From the NCBI GenBank assembly GCA_050331735.1, contig JBHJGN010000055.1, positions 10,748-74,747 on the forward strand: a DNA stretch of 64,000 bases. Direction: 5' to 3'. Positions 25,713-35,613 of this stretch are shown here, one piece after another; the stretch's first letter is position 1, and the number at the start of each line of letters is the position of its first letter. Below the pieces are notes generated by a model that worked only from the letters and a program-made list of their open reading frames with translations, did not search any database and was not told where the DNA came from. Origin of the DNA: Cyanophyceae cyanobacterium. GTDB taxonomy: Bacteria > Cyanobacteriota > Cyanobacteriia > Cyanobacteriales > JBHJGN01. A program made the translations under genes and the position numbers.

Positions 25713-27491
25713 TCAAAGTCCATACAGCCACACAATCAATAGCGGTGTCACAACGGCTAGCAGCAAGTTTAGAGGACCGCCGACGCGAGTAAAATCTAGA
25801 AACTTATAGCCTCCAGGACCATAGACCATTGTGTTTGTTTGATACCCAATCGGAGTCATAAAGCTATTCGAGGCGGCAAACGTGACGGCAAACATAAACG
25901 CAAACGGATTGAGTCCTAACGTTTGCGCTACCTCAGCCGCCACCGGAATCATCAGCACCACCGCCGCATTGTTGGAAATAATTTCTGTTAGTAACGAAGT
26001 AATCACGTAGAAAAAGGTCAGTATCCAGTAGCTGGAGAACTCTCCTCCCATTGCGACTAAATTGTTGGCTAACCAGGCAGTGGTGCCAGAATTATCCATC
26101 GCAATCCCCAGGGGGATCAGTCCAGCTAAGAGAAAGATAATGTCCCACCGCACTGCACCGTAAATTTCCCCAGGCTTAAGACAGCCTGTCACCACCATCA
26201 GGACGACTCCGGCTAAAGCACTAACCAAAATCGGCAGCCAGTCCAACGCCGCCACGACAACAACCCCAATAGCAATAGCGACCGCGATCCCAGCTTTATC
26301 CTGCCGCAGCGTCTCTAACTCTCGCTGTTCTAGTACCAGCAGTTCCCGCGTTGTTTGCAAACCAATGAAACTCTGCTGCGGTCCCTGCACCAGCAGCACG
26401 TCACCAAAGCGCAGCGGCACTTTACCGAGGCGATCGCGCACCAGTTCTTGACCGCGCCGGATGGCTAACACAGTCGCGTTATAGCGCTGTCGAAACCGCA
26501 GATCTTTGAGAGTAGAACCGATTAGACGAGAGTTGGACAGGATCAGAACCTCGGCCACTCTTTCCTCTCCTGAAGTCAACTGGTCAATACTGCCAAATTG
26601 AGCATCTGCCAGAATTTCTAGCCCTTTTTCATCTTTAATTTTTAATAAATCTTCCCGACTGACTCGCACTAACAAGACATCTCCGGCTGCAAAGGTTTTA
26701 TCAGCTAACGGCTGCGGGAAATGAATCTCATTGCGAATTAGTTCCAGCACGTCGAGATCGAACTTGCGCTGGAGCTGGCTTTGGCGTAGGGTTTGATCAA
26801 TCAGGCTAGAGCGAGGGGTAATTACCACTTCGCCGACGTACTCCCTCAGATCGTAATCGGCTCCTACCAGGTCGCCAATGGGTTTTCTATTCGGCAGCAG
26901 TCGCGGGGCTACGAGCGCTAAATAAACTAAACCAACGGCAAAAGACAATAGACCCAGAGCGGTAAATTGAAATAAACCAAACTCTCCATAACCCAACTGT
27001 GCCGAGATGCCGCTAGCGAGAAGATTGGTTGATGTACCAATGAGCGTAATCATGCCGCCTAATATAGCCACGTAAGAGAGGGGCATCAGCAGCTTAGAAA
27101 CAGAAATGCCGCCTTTTTTGCCCCACTCCTCGACCAGCGGCAGAAACACAGCCACCACTGCTGTATTGTTAATCAACGCTGAGATCGGACCAACAATCGC
27201 CCCTAGCACCACAATCTGCTGAGAAGTGCGATCGCCTCCCCACTTCAGTAACCAGTCCCGCACCACCTGAATCACTCCAGTGCGCGTAATGCCAGCACTG
27301 AGGATAAACATTGCGAGTACCGTCACGGTCGCTGAGTTACTGAATCCAGACACGCCCTCTTCTGGCGTAACCAATCCCAGCAGCATTAAAACAACGGCAA
27401 CAATAATCGCAATCAGGTCGGCAGGCAGCCATTCCGTCACAAAGCCAATCAAAGCCAGGGCGACAACGCCAAGAGTCAGAATGATATCCAT
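25713..27491 (-). CDS. SLC13/CitMHS family permease with TrkA-C domains
   Basis: TM blocks at both ends, TLIGTSTNL, two RCK-C repeats, SFMTPIGYQTN. Confidence 0.9.
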   Translation of the reverse strand: MDIILTLGVVALALIGFVTEWLPADLIAIIVAVVLMLLGLVTPEEGVSGFSNSATVTVLAMFILSAGITRTGVIQVVRDWLLKWGGDRTSQQIVVLGAIVGPISALINNTAVVAVFLPLVEEWGKKGGISVSKLLMPLSYVAILGGMITLIGTSTNLLASGISAQLGYGEFGLFQFTALGLLSFAVGLVYLALVAPRLLPNRKPIGDLVGADYDLREYVGEVVITPRSSLIDQTLRQSQLQRKFDLDVLELIRNEIHFPQPLADKTFAAGDVLLVRVSREDLLKIKDEKGLEILADAQFGSIDQLTSGEERVAEVLILSNSRLIGSTLKDLRFRQRYNATVLAIRRGQELVRDRLGKVPLRFGDVLLVQGPQQSFIGLQTTRELLVLEQRELETLRQDKAGIAVAIAIGVVVVAALDWLPILVSALAGVVLMVVTGCLKPGEIYGAVRWDIIFLLAGLIPLGIAMDNSGTTAWLANNLVAMGGEFSSYWILTFFYVITSLLTEIISNNAAVVLMIPVAAEVAQTLGLNPFAFMFAVTFAASNSFMTPIGYQTNTMVYGPGGYKFLDFTRVGGPLNLLLAVVTPLLIVWLYGL

Positions 27492-27510
27492 ACGAATCTT
27501 ATGTCAAGAA

Positions 27511-27675
27511 ATGTCCCTTCGGGACGGGAAAATAGTTTCTGCGAAACGGGGAAAGGGAAATCTGTCCAGTGCAGGACGGGGAAAGAACACAGGAATAGGA
27601 AACAGACTTGCTCACCACTCCCTTTCCCCCTTACCCTTTATCCTTTTCCCGCGCCAGCGGCGCTTCCCCTTTTCC
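27511..27675. repeat. Mini-hairpin / heptamer repeat cluster, overlapping the end of the P-type ATPase gene
   Basis: GTCCC-TTC-GGGAC at 27513, GTTTC-TGC-GAAAC at 27535, GCGCC-AGC-GGCGC at 27651, each next to a GGG(G)AAA tract. Confidence 0.85.
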
Positions 27676-30454
27676 CGTGCCTCTGGCGTTGATACCATTG
27701 AGCGATCAGCTTTTCTAGCTCGATCCACACAAACATCAAGGCACTAAAGCCACAGCAAATTGCCAGCTCTAGCGGGCTGAGCCAGTGAGTGCCGAAAAAG
27801 TTCCGCAGGGGAGCTACGTAAATCAGCATTAGCTGTAAGAGGGTGGTGATGGTGACGGCAGCAAGCAGATAGAGATTGGAAGCGGGATTAAGCTTGAGGG
27901 TTAGCTGCGTATCCGAGCGAATGGCGATCGCATGTCCCATTTGGGCTAAACAGAGGGTGGTAAACACCATCGTTTTCCAGCGGTCTAATTCTCCACCGAC
28001 GCTGTGGGTATAGCTATAGGCCCACACCATCAGCGCAATGGTTAACACAGCAAAAATAATTCCAATCCGCACCATATACAGCCCCAAGCCGCGAGCAAAA
28101 ATGCTCTCGCGGGGTTCGTAGGGAGGGCGCTTCATGGTGTTGGGCTGGGCAGGCTCCATGGCCAGGGCTAAAGCCGGCAAGCCGTCAGTCACCAGGTTCA
28201 TCCACAGAATTTGCAGCGGCACCAGGGGCACACCCCCTAATCCAATCAGCGGGGCAGCGGCAATGGTGAGGACTTCGCCGATATTGCTGCCCAAAATGTA
28301 TTTGATGAAGCGACGAATGTTGCCATAAACCACTCGACCTTCCTCCACGGCGCGGACAATCGTGGCAAAGTTGTCGTCGAGCAGAATCATGTCGCTGGCT
28401 TCTTTACTCACGTCCGTTCCGGTAATGCCCATAGCGATGCCGATATCTGCCTGCTTCAGGGCCGGAGCATCATTCACGCCGTCCCCCGTCATCGCCACAA
28501 ATTCCCCCCGCTTCTGAAGCGCCTGGACAATGCGCAGCTTGTGTTCGGGAGAAACGCGGGCGTACACGCTGACCCGGTGTACCTGCTGCTCAAGCTCAAG
28601 CTGACTCAGGCGTTCGAGTTCCTGACCTACCAAGACCGCATCCCCCTTCTGAGCAATGCCTAAGTCGTGGGCGATCGCTTCTGCGGTCAGCCGATGGTCG
28701 CCAGTAATCATGACCGGACGAATCCCGGCCCCGCGACACTGCATCACCGCATTCCTCACTTCCGGGCGCGGCGCGTCGAGCATGCCTACCAGTCCTAGCC
28801 AGACAAGCTGCTGCTCTGCCGCTTCTAAGGCATCGGCTGCGGGTAAGGAGAGAAGCTGCTGATGGGCTAACCCCAACACCCGCAGTCCGCGTCCCGCCAT
28901 CTCGTCGTTTGTCCGCAGAATCTGATTCCGCACCTCCTGAGATAGCGGGATGGCTTCCTCCCCCACCTGATAGGATTGACAGCGCTCCAGCACCAGCTCT
29001 GGCGAGCCTTTCGTGTACATTTGTAGGGTGCTGTTTTGGCAGATAACGCTCATGCGCTTGCGTTCCGAGGAAAACGGAATTTCGGCCACGCGCTGCCACT
29101 GCTGGTCTAACGGCTCCTTAAACACCCCCGCTTTCCCGGCTAACGTCAGCAGCGCTCCTTCAGTGGGGTCTCCGATAATCGTCCACTCCTCTTGCTGCTG
29201 AAGCTGAGCGTCGTTGCAAAGAACGCAGGCGAACAGCAGAGTTTGCAGATCCGCGTAGTCTGCTAGCTGCTGGCGCTTTTCTAAATGCGGCAGGTGGAAT
29301 TCCCCAACGGGGGCGTATCCTCTCCCGGTTACTTTAAAGGTGTGGCTTCCCGTGGAGACAGTTTGCACCACCATCTTGTTTTGAGTCAGCGTTCCCGTCT
29401 TGTCCGAGCAGATTGTCGTCACCGACCCCAGGGTTTCTACCGCTGGCAGTCGGCGAATCAGGGCTTGGCGGCGCACCATGCGCTGAGTGCCAATGGCGAG
29501 AGTAACCGTGACAACGGCTGGCAATCCTTCGGGGACCACCGCCACTGCCATACTCAAGGACACCTCCAGCAGTTCGTCGAAAAAGGCGAGGCGACCCGTG
29601 CGCAGAATGCCTCCCACCACCACCAACACCACCAGCACGAGCGAACTACTCACTAAAACGTTCCCTAGCTGCGTCATCCGCTGCTGAAGAGGAGTCGGTT
29701 CGCTTTCTACCGACTGAATCATGGCGGCAATGCGTCCTAGTTCCGTTTCCATGCCGATATTGGTCACCAGGACTTTGCCGCGTCCCTGTAATACCTCTGT
29801 CCCCTGATAGACGGAGTTGATGCGCTCTCCTAACGGGACTCCTTCATCGAGCTGCACATGCGGCTGTTTGACAACGGCTTCGGCTTCGCCTGTCAGGGCA
29901 GCTTCGCGCACCTGGAGGTTGTACGCCTCCAGCAGACGACCATCGGCGGCAATCTGCACTCCGGCTTCAAGCCGCATCACGTCTCCCGGCACTAATTCTT
30001 TCCCCGTCACTTCCCTCGTTATGCCGTCTCGGATCACCCGCACCCGGGGAGAAGACAGACGCTTGAGGGCAGCTAGGGCTTTCTCCGCGCGGCTTTCTTG
30101 CCAGTATCCCAATACGCCATTGAGAATCACAATTGCCATAATTGCGATCGCATCTTTTGGAAATACCCTCTCTTGGAGATCCAGCACCGCCGACACCACA
30201 GCCACCGCGATCAGCATCACCAGCATAATGTTGGTAAACTGATCCCACAGAATGACTAAGGGATGACGACCCGTTTTTTCGATGATTTCGTTGGCACCGT
30301 AGTACTGTTGCCGTTGATTGACCTGCTGAGTGGTTAACCCCTCCTCAGCATCGCTTTGTAGCCCCTGTAACGCTTGCTCAACCTCAGTTGTCTGCCATGC
30401 CCTCGCCGTTTCTGGTGGAGTTTGAGCAGGCATAGATGAAGTGGTGGGAGCCAT
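27638..30454 (-). CDS. Cation-transporting P-type ATPase (type IIA, Ca2+/PacL-like)
   Basis: LTGEA, PEGLP, phosphorylation motif [35 protein letters not shown]. Confidence 0.93.
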   Translation of the reverse strand: MAPTTSSMPAQTPPETARAWQTTEVEQALQGLQSDAEEGLTTQQVNQRQQYYGANEIIEKTGRHPLVILWDQFTNIMLVMLIAVAVVSAVLDLQERVFPKDAIAIMAIVILNGVLGYWQESRAEKALAALKRLSSPRVRVIRDGITREVTGKELVPGDVMRLEAGVQIAADGRLLEAYNLQVREAALTGEAEAVVKQPHVQLDEGVPLGERINSVYQGTEVLQGRGKVLVTNIGMETELGRIAAMIQSVESEPTPLQQRMTQLGNVLVSSSLVLVVLVVVGGILRTGRLAFFDELLEVSLSMAVAVVPEGLPAVVTVTLAIGTQRMVRRQALIRRLPAVETLGSVTTICSDKTGTLTQNKMVVQTVSTGSHTFKVTGRGYAPVGEFHLPHLEKRQQLADYADLQTLLFACVLCNDAQLQQQEEWTIIGDPTEGALLTLAGKAGVFKEPLDQQWQRVAEIPFSSERKRMSVICQNSTLQMYTKGSPELVLERCQSYQVGEEAIPLSQEVRNQILRTNDEMAGRGLRVLGLAHQQLLSLPAADALEAAEQQLVWLGLVGMLDAPRPEVRNAVMQCRGAGIRPVMITGDHRLTAEAIAHDLGIAQKGDAVLVGQELERLSQLELEQQVHRVSVYARVSPEHKLRIVQALQKRGEFVAMTGDGVNDAPALKQADIGIAMGITGTDVSKEASDMILLDDNFATIVRAVEEGRVVYGNIRRFIKYILGSNIGEVLTIAAAPLIGLGGVPLVPLQILWMNLVTDGLPALALAMEPAQPNTMKRPPYEPRESIFARGLGLYMVRIGIIFAVLTIALMVWAYSYTHSVGGELDRWKTMVFTTLCLAQMGHAIAIRSDTQLTLKLNPASNLYLLAAVTITTLLQLMLIYVAPLRNFFGTHWLSPLELAICCGFSALMFVWIELEKLIAQWYQRQRHGKRGSAAGAGKG

Positions 30455-30583
30455 AGTGTCCAGTCATTCCTTTTTAAACTATTGTTGTCAGCATAAAAGG
30501 CGTGAGGTTAAAACAGCTTAAGGATACTGCTCTTTTTCCTCGGCCCGTTCTCAAAAGACTTAACTAAAGGCAGATAATAAAAA

Positions 30584-30607
30584 GCTGCCTGCGATTGTGA
30601 CAGGCAG
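30584..30607 (-). terminator. Probable intrinsic terminator of the small lipoprotein gene
   Basis: CTGCCTG...CAGGCAG stem followed on the minus strand by a T-run. Confidence 0.55.
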
Positions 30608-30633
30608 ATTTATCTCAATACAGTAATAGAGAC

Positions 30634-30792
30634 TTACTCAGCTTCTTCGGTTTCCGGGGTCACGGGTTCCGATTCGGGCGCGACTTCTGTTTCAGGGGTT
30701 TCAGCGGGGTCTTCGGTTCCTGTTTCAGAGCAGGCACCGATACTAAGAGAAAGAGCGATCACTAGGGCGGGAATCAGGGCAAGACGTTTCAT
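30634..30792 (-). CDS. Small acidic lipoprotein (52 aa), below the ORF-track cutoff
   Basis: MKRLALIPALVIALSLSIGA-C-SETGTEDPAETPETEVAPESEPVTPETEEAE*; basic N-terminus, hydrophobic core, lipobox IGAC, GGAG ribosome-binding site upstream. Confidence 0.8.
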   Translation of the reverse strand: MKRLALIPALVIALSLSIGACSETGTEDPAETPETEVAPESEPVTPETEEAE

Positions 30793-31264
30793 GGTTAATC
30801 TCCAAAATAAATAGATTTAAAAATTTACTGGTCCGTATTCCCCCAGCTCCAGTTGAAGCTAAAGGAAACGGAACCGTAAGCAGTTCCTAGCCCCTGGCTT
30901 CCAAAGCCCTGACTCAGCAGAACTTCAGAACCTGACAACTAGTACTCAAACTTTCCTATGGCTTAGGCTTGCAGACAGCGTAGAGGTTGCAACCTGGCTG
31001 TACTCTCTCGGACGGCTGGAAGAAAGTACTGAGCTATAAAAGACTAGAGATGACAGATCATATGCGACAAATCCGCCTCCTGCGGGGGAAGATGACAAGA
31101 ATAACTTCCTAGCCGATAATCATAGCTCAAAAAAATATTTTCAGCGCGATCAATTTGTCCTGCGCTGTTAGGCCCCGATAGGAAACGCCCAGGGATACAG
31201 GGGGAAGAAAAACCCATTCCCCTTTTCCCTTTCCCCCTTACCCTTTCCCCGTCGCGGAGCGACC

Positions 31265-33253
31265 TTACTTAAGGTCGGCGATCGCATTCTTGGTCATGGC
31301 GGCGATCGCCTGATCGGTAGCTTTAGGTAGCTGATAGTACTTGCCTCCGGCTTGCTGAGCCAGTTCTTTGCCAAACCCGGTAGACACAAACTTGCGCTCG
31401 GTATCGATGACCAGCAGGCTCATGCCTAGTCCGCGAATGCGAGCGGCAATGTCGAGCAGTTCGGCTTTGATGTCTGGCTTTTCGCCTTCGCTCAGTTCCC
31501 CTAAAGAACGGGCCAGGGGAATATTTCCCCGTCCATCGGTAATCGCCACAATCACCACCTGACCAATATCCCCAGACATCTTCGCATTCATGCCAACGTG
31601 AACGGCCTGCGTTAAGCCATGAGCGAGGGGAGAACCGCCGCCACAGGGCAGCGTTTCTAAACGACTTCGCGCTAATGAAATCGAGCGCGTCGGCGGCAGC
31701 AGCACGTCGGCTCGTTCTCCCCGAAAGGGAATCAGCGCCACCTGATCTCGGTTTTCATAGGCTTCGGTGAGCAGCCGCAGTACTGCGCCTTTGGCTGACT
31801 GCATTCGATTCAGCGCCATCGAGCCAGAGGCATCGACCACAAACACAATCAGCGCTCCGGCTTTGCGGGCTAATCGCTTCGAGCGTAAGTCCGACTGTTC
31901 CACCACTACCCGTCGCTGGGGCTGTCGCTGTCGCCGGGACTTTTGGTAGGGAGCCGCCGCTCGTAGGGTGGCATCGACCGCAATGCGTTTGACTTTTCCG
32001 CGCGGCAGCATGGGCTTGACGTAGCGTCCGCGATCCTCAGAAAAGATCGTGCTGCGGCTGCCGCTTTTGCCCTGTCGCTGCGCCATCTGCGCAAAGTACA
32101 GTACGGTTGGATCGAGCACGACCCCTTCTGAGTCGAACACAAATTCTTCCGGGATACCGGGAGGTTCTTGCTCCGACTCCTCTTCCTCTTGCTCTTCTTG
32201 TTCTGGTTCCTGCTGGGATGGCTCCTGGGGCGGTTCCGGCGGCGGTGGCGGCGGTGGCGGCTCTGGGGGAGTTTGAATTTGGGTCGAGCGCGGCACGATG
32301 ACTAGCTCCACCGCTCGCCGCAGATCTTCTGCCACCACGTGATCGCGTCCTTCGAGGGCAGCGGCGGCTTTGGCAACCCGCACCGCAAAAATTTCGGCCC
32401 GGTGGCCCTCAACCCCTCCCCGAATCGCTTCTTCTACCAAGTAGGCGATCTGGTCGTGGCTAATCTGCACGTCTTTGAGCCATTCCCGCGCCAGCACGAT
32501 TTCAGTTTTAAGGTCGTCGGTTCCTGCGCTGTACTGCTCTAAAAACTGTCCGGCAGAGTTAGCGTAAGCTACTACCCGCTCCACCGCCTCCACGCGCTGA
32601 TCGAGGGCCAGTACCCCGTCTGCCGAAAGCGTAATGGCGATACGGTCGAGGAGATGCTCCCGCAGCGGTCCGGCTTCCGGGTTATAGGTGGCGATCAGAA
32701 TCGGTTTGCATGGATGCTCAACGCTAATGCCTTCCCGCTCGATTTGGTTCCGTCCAGCAGTGAGTACGGCCAGCAGTTGGTTCGCAATCTGATCGTCGAG
32801 GAGGTTGATATCGTCGATGTAGAGGACGCCTCGGTGGGCCTGGGCCAGCAGTCCGGGCTGGAACACGGGTTCTCCGCGCTTCACCGACTGTTCCACATCT
32901 ACAGACCCCAGCAGGCGGTCTTCGGTTACGCCGAGGGGAACCTGCACAAACGGAGCCGGAATCACTTCGGTCTGTGCCTTTTGATGGTATAGTTCCCGCG
33001 TCTGCTCGTCCCACTCTTCCGGTGCTGCCGGATCGCCGTTGCAGTAGGAACCCTTCACGACTTCAATGGGGGGGAGTAGAGTATGAATGGCTCGCGCCAT
33101 CACGGATTTTGCCGTACCGCGACGACCGGCGATCGCCACACCCCCCAACCCCGGATCGACAGCAGCAAGCAGCAGGGCAAGCTTAATCGCTTCTTGCCCC
33201 ACAATAGCGGTAAGGGGAAAACTAGTATTGGCAGGAATAGAAACGACAGGCAT
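31265..33253 (-). CDS. chlD: Magnesium chelatase subunit D
   Basis: AAA+ domain (GRRGTAKS), Pro/acidic linker, vWA domain ([16 protein letters not shown]). Confidence 0.97.
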   Translation of the reverse strand: MPVVSIPANTSFPLTAIVGQEAIKLALLLAAVDPGLGGVAIAGRRGTAKSVMARAIHTLLPPIEVVKGSYCNGDPAAPEEWDEQTRELYHQKAQTEVIPAPFVQVPLGVTEDRLLGSVDVEQSVKRGEPVFQPGLLAQAHRGVLYIDDINLLDDQIANQLLAVLTAGRNQIEREGISVEHPCKPILIATYNPEAGPLREHLLDRIAITLSADGVLALDQRVEAVERVVAYANSAGQFLEQYSAGTDDLKTEIVLAREWLKDVQISHDQIAYLVEEAIRGGVEGHRAEIFAVRVAKAAAALEGRDHVVAEDLRRAVELVIVPRSTQIQTPPEPPPPPPPPEPPQEPSQQEPEQEEQEEEESEQEPPGIPEEFVFDSEGVVLDPTVLYFAQMAQRQGKSGSRSTIFSEDRGRYVKPMLPRGKVKRIAVDATLRAAAPYQKSRRQRQPQRRVVVEQSDLRSKRLARKAGALIVFVVDASGSMALNRMQSAKGAVLRLLTEAYENRDQVALIPFRGERADVLLPPTRSISLARSRLETLPCGGGSPLAHGLTQAVHVGMNAKMSGDIGQVVIVAITDGRGNIPLARSLGELSEGEKPDIKAELLDIAARIRGLGMSLLVIDTERKFVSTGFGKELAQQAGGKYYQLPKATDQAIAAMTKNAIADLK

Positions 33254-33346
33254 AGTTATTTGATCGCTGTTGATTGTTAATTGTCGGAGCGCGTTCCGAG
33301 GTCTTTTGAAACCGCTAGAATACCCGATCTTTATTGTTACTAAAGA

Positions 33347-34540
33347 TCACACTTCTCCGGCAACCTGGACTCGCAGCGGCAGAGTAATAGTGAAGGTCGT
33401 GCCTTCGCCCACCTGCGAGACAAGCTGAATGTCGCCCTGGAGTAGCTTGACTAGTTGCGAAACGATGGTTAATCCTAAACCAGTACTGTCTGGAGCATGA
33501 TGACCATTAGACCTCGCTCGATAAAACGGAGCGAAAATTTTCTGCTGTTCTGCTGGCTCAATGCCAATTCCCGTATCGGAAATGGTAATGGATAGTTGGT
33601 TGTCTGTCAGCACTTCGCAGACCACTTTGACAAGGCCTGTCTCAGTGTAGCGAATGGCGTTACTAATTAAATTAGTCAACACCTGCTGGAGTCGCAGAGC
33701 ATCCGTGATCACTAACTTCGAGCTTAGAGCACAGGCAATACTAAGCTGCAAGCCTTTCTTTTCGGCGATTGGTTCTAATACCTCAATCACGCTGTTGATC
33801 ACGGCACAGATATCTGTAGGAGCTGGTCGCAGCTTCATCTGTCCTGATTTGTAGCGGGAGACTTCAAGCGTATCATTGATCAGATGAAGGATTTGCCGAC
33901 CATTCTGCATGACCTTCTCAATGTGCTTAAGATCAGCACAGGGTTTTCCTTCAATCTGCTTCTTCTGCTGACGTAAAAACAGCTCTGAGTAGCCAATAAT
34001 GGAAGTCAGTGGATTTTTCAGTTCGTGAGCGAGGTGGGAGAGATTGTCTTGGTGTGACTCGACAAAGCGCGTTAGCTCCTGATTAGTCAACTCTAGCTGA
34101 TTTGATAGCTCTTCTAGATCCTGCAAGCGTTTTTGGGTGTAGTACTTAAAGCAAATGGCAATAATTTCATCAACTGTTGTATCAATAACTCGCACCGCTT
34201 CTAAGACTCCTGACACTGTTCCCGTCAGTAACTGAGGTTCAAGGTGAGAAAAAATTGTCTGACGCAGAATGCGGTATTCTCTGGCCACTTCTTCAGGATC
34301 GTATCCCTGTTGCGCTCGCAAAGCACCGTGCTTGATGCTGCTCTGCACTAGCTCGCCAATATTACTCTCTTTCGATGAGAGGATGTTTGATAAGGTTTCA
34401 AGTACGCTGGGCAAACTATTGCGGACTGCTTCATAGGTAAGGTTGTTAGGAGACTTAAGCCCACTATTTTGACGAACAGCTTCAACCCAATCTTGGATGA
34501 TGAGGTCGGTCCTGTCTTTAAGTACTTGACTAAGATTCAT
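33347..34540 (-). CDS. Cytoplasmic sensor histidine kinase (RsbRD-N-like input domain, HisKA, HATPase)
   Basis: HGALRAQQGY helical input domain, AHELKNPL H-box, NLISNAIRY N-box, DTGIG and GLGL G-boxes; no TM segments. Confidence 0.9.
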   Translation of the reverse strand: MNLSQVLKDRTDLIIQDWVEAVRQNSGLKSPNNLTYEAVRNSLPSVLETLSNILSSKESNIGELVQSSIKHGALRAQQGYDPEEVAREYRILRQTIFSHLEPQLLTGTVSGVLEAVRVIDTTVDEIIAICFKYYTQKRLQDLEELSNQLELTNQELTRFVESHQDNLSHLAHELKNPLTSIIGYSELFLRQQKKQIEGKPCADLKHIEKVMQNGRQILHLINDTLEVSRYKSGQMKLRPAPTDICAVINSVIEVLEPIAEKKGLQLSIACALSSKLVITDALRLQQVLTNLISNAIRYTETGLVKVVCEVLTDNQLSITISDTGIGIEPAEQQKIFAPFYRARSNGHHAPDSTGLGLTIVSQLVKLLQGDIQLVSQVGEGTTFTITLPLRVQVAGEV

Positions 34541-34837
34541 AGACGACTTGGCTGGCGAGTACACTAATTCTGAACTCCGTTGAAACGAGTATCGTTGACA
34601 ACAACTGGCAGCAGTGAAGACTTTCCCTCACAAAATACTGGGAAAAGCCTTTAAATTCTTGTCATTGTCATAACTTTTAAAAAAACTGAGTCATTCCTAC
34701 TGCTTAATAACAGATCGTCAGGGTAGCAACTCAACTTCACATTGGCTTGATAATTCTTCTCGTTAGCTATTAGCGATCGCGCTCTTGTCCTCCCTAAATT
34801 GTATAGTGGTATTCAAAGTGTCGTTTTTGAGAAGTGA

Positions 34838-35455
34838 ATGAACGATGGTGTAGCCGCCCAGTTTTTGAAGCAGGCTGACCCTATTTTAGGACAACTGATT
34901 GAAGGGAAACTGGCTAACGCTGAACGACCCCGCTCAGATTTACTGCCAGAACTAGCTAGGGCCATTATTGCTCAACAAATTTCGACCGCTGCTGCTGCCA
35001 GTATCTATCGCAGATTCATCCAGTTTTACGCTGATGCTCACGCGCCCCTCACGGCTGAGATGCTGCTGGCAACGCCACCGGAAAAGCTTCGCAGCTTAGG
35101 CATTTCTCGACCCAAGGTCAACTATTTATTGGATCTCGCCCAAAAAGTTCATCAGGGTTTACCGACTTTAGAAACTCTGGAGGCAATGGACGACGAAGAC
35201 ATCATTAAGACGCTTACCCAGGTCAAAGGCGTGGGACGCTGGACGGTACAGATGCTGCTGATTTTTCGTCTTCAGCGACCCGATGTACTACCGGTAGATG
35301 ATTTGGGCATTCGCAAAGCGGTACAAAAACTTTATCAGCTTGACGAACTACCTAGCCGCAAAACTTTAGAGCAGTTGGGACACAAGTGGAAACCCTATCG
35401 CAGTACCGCTAGCCGATATTTGTGGCAAAGCCTAAAAATAGTGAACAGTGACTAG
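34838..35455 (+). CDS. DNA-3-methyladenine glycosylase II (AlkA family)
   Basis: IIAQQIS, HhH LTQVKGVGRWT, DVLPVDDLG, WKPYRS. Confidence 0.9.
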   Translation: MNDGVAAQFLKQADPILGQLIEGKLANAERPRSDLLPELARAIIAQQISTAAAASIYRRFIQFYADAHAPLTAEMLLATPPEKLRSLGISRPKVNYLLDLAQKVHQGLPTLETLEAMDDEDIIKTLTQVKGVGRWTVQMLLIFRLQRPDVLPVDDLGIRKAVQKLYQLDELPSRKTLEQLGHKWKPYRSTASRYLWQSLKIVNSD

Positions 35456-35613
35456 TAATCAGGGGAAGTCCCGACGGGACGGGGAAAGGGGAAGGGGAAA
35501 TGCTGGCTGTTTTCTACCGTCTTTATTGCAGTAGAGCTTGGCAAATGGGGAGATAGCGGTAGAATCTGTTAACAGATTCTTTGCCTATTGCGATCGCCTC
35601 TAACTGACTTGCC

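Noticed and set aside
30830..31030. Known riboswitch (c-di-AMP, cobalamin, TPP or glutamine)
   Set aside because: I could not find the conserved core motifs of these classes; kept only as an unassigned structured leader
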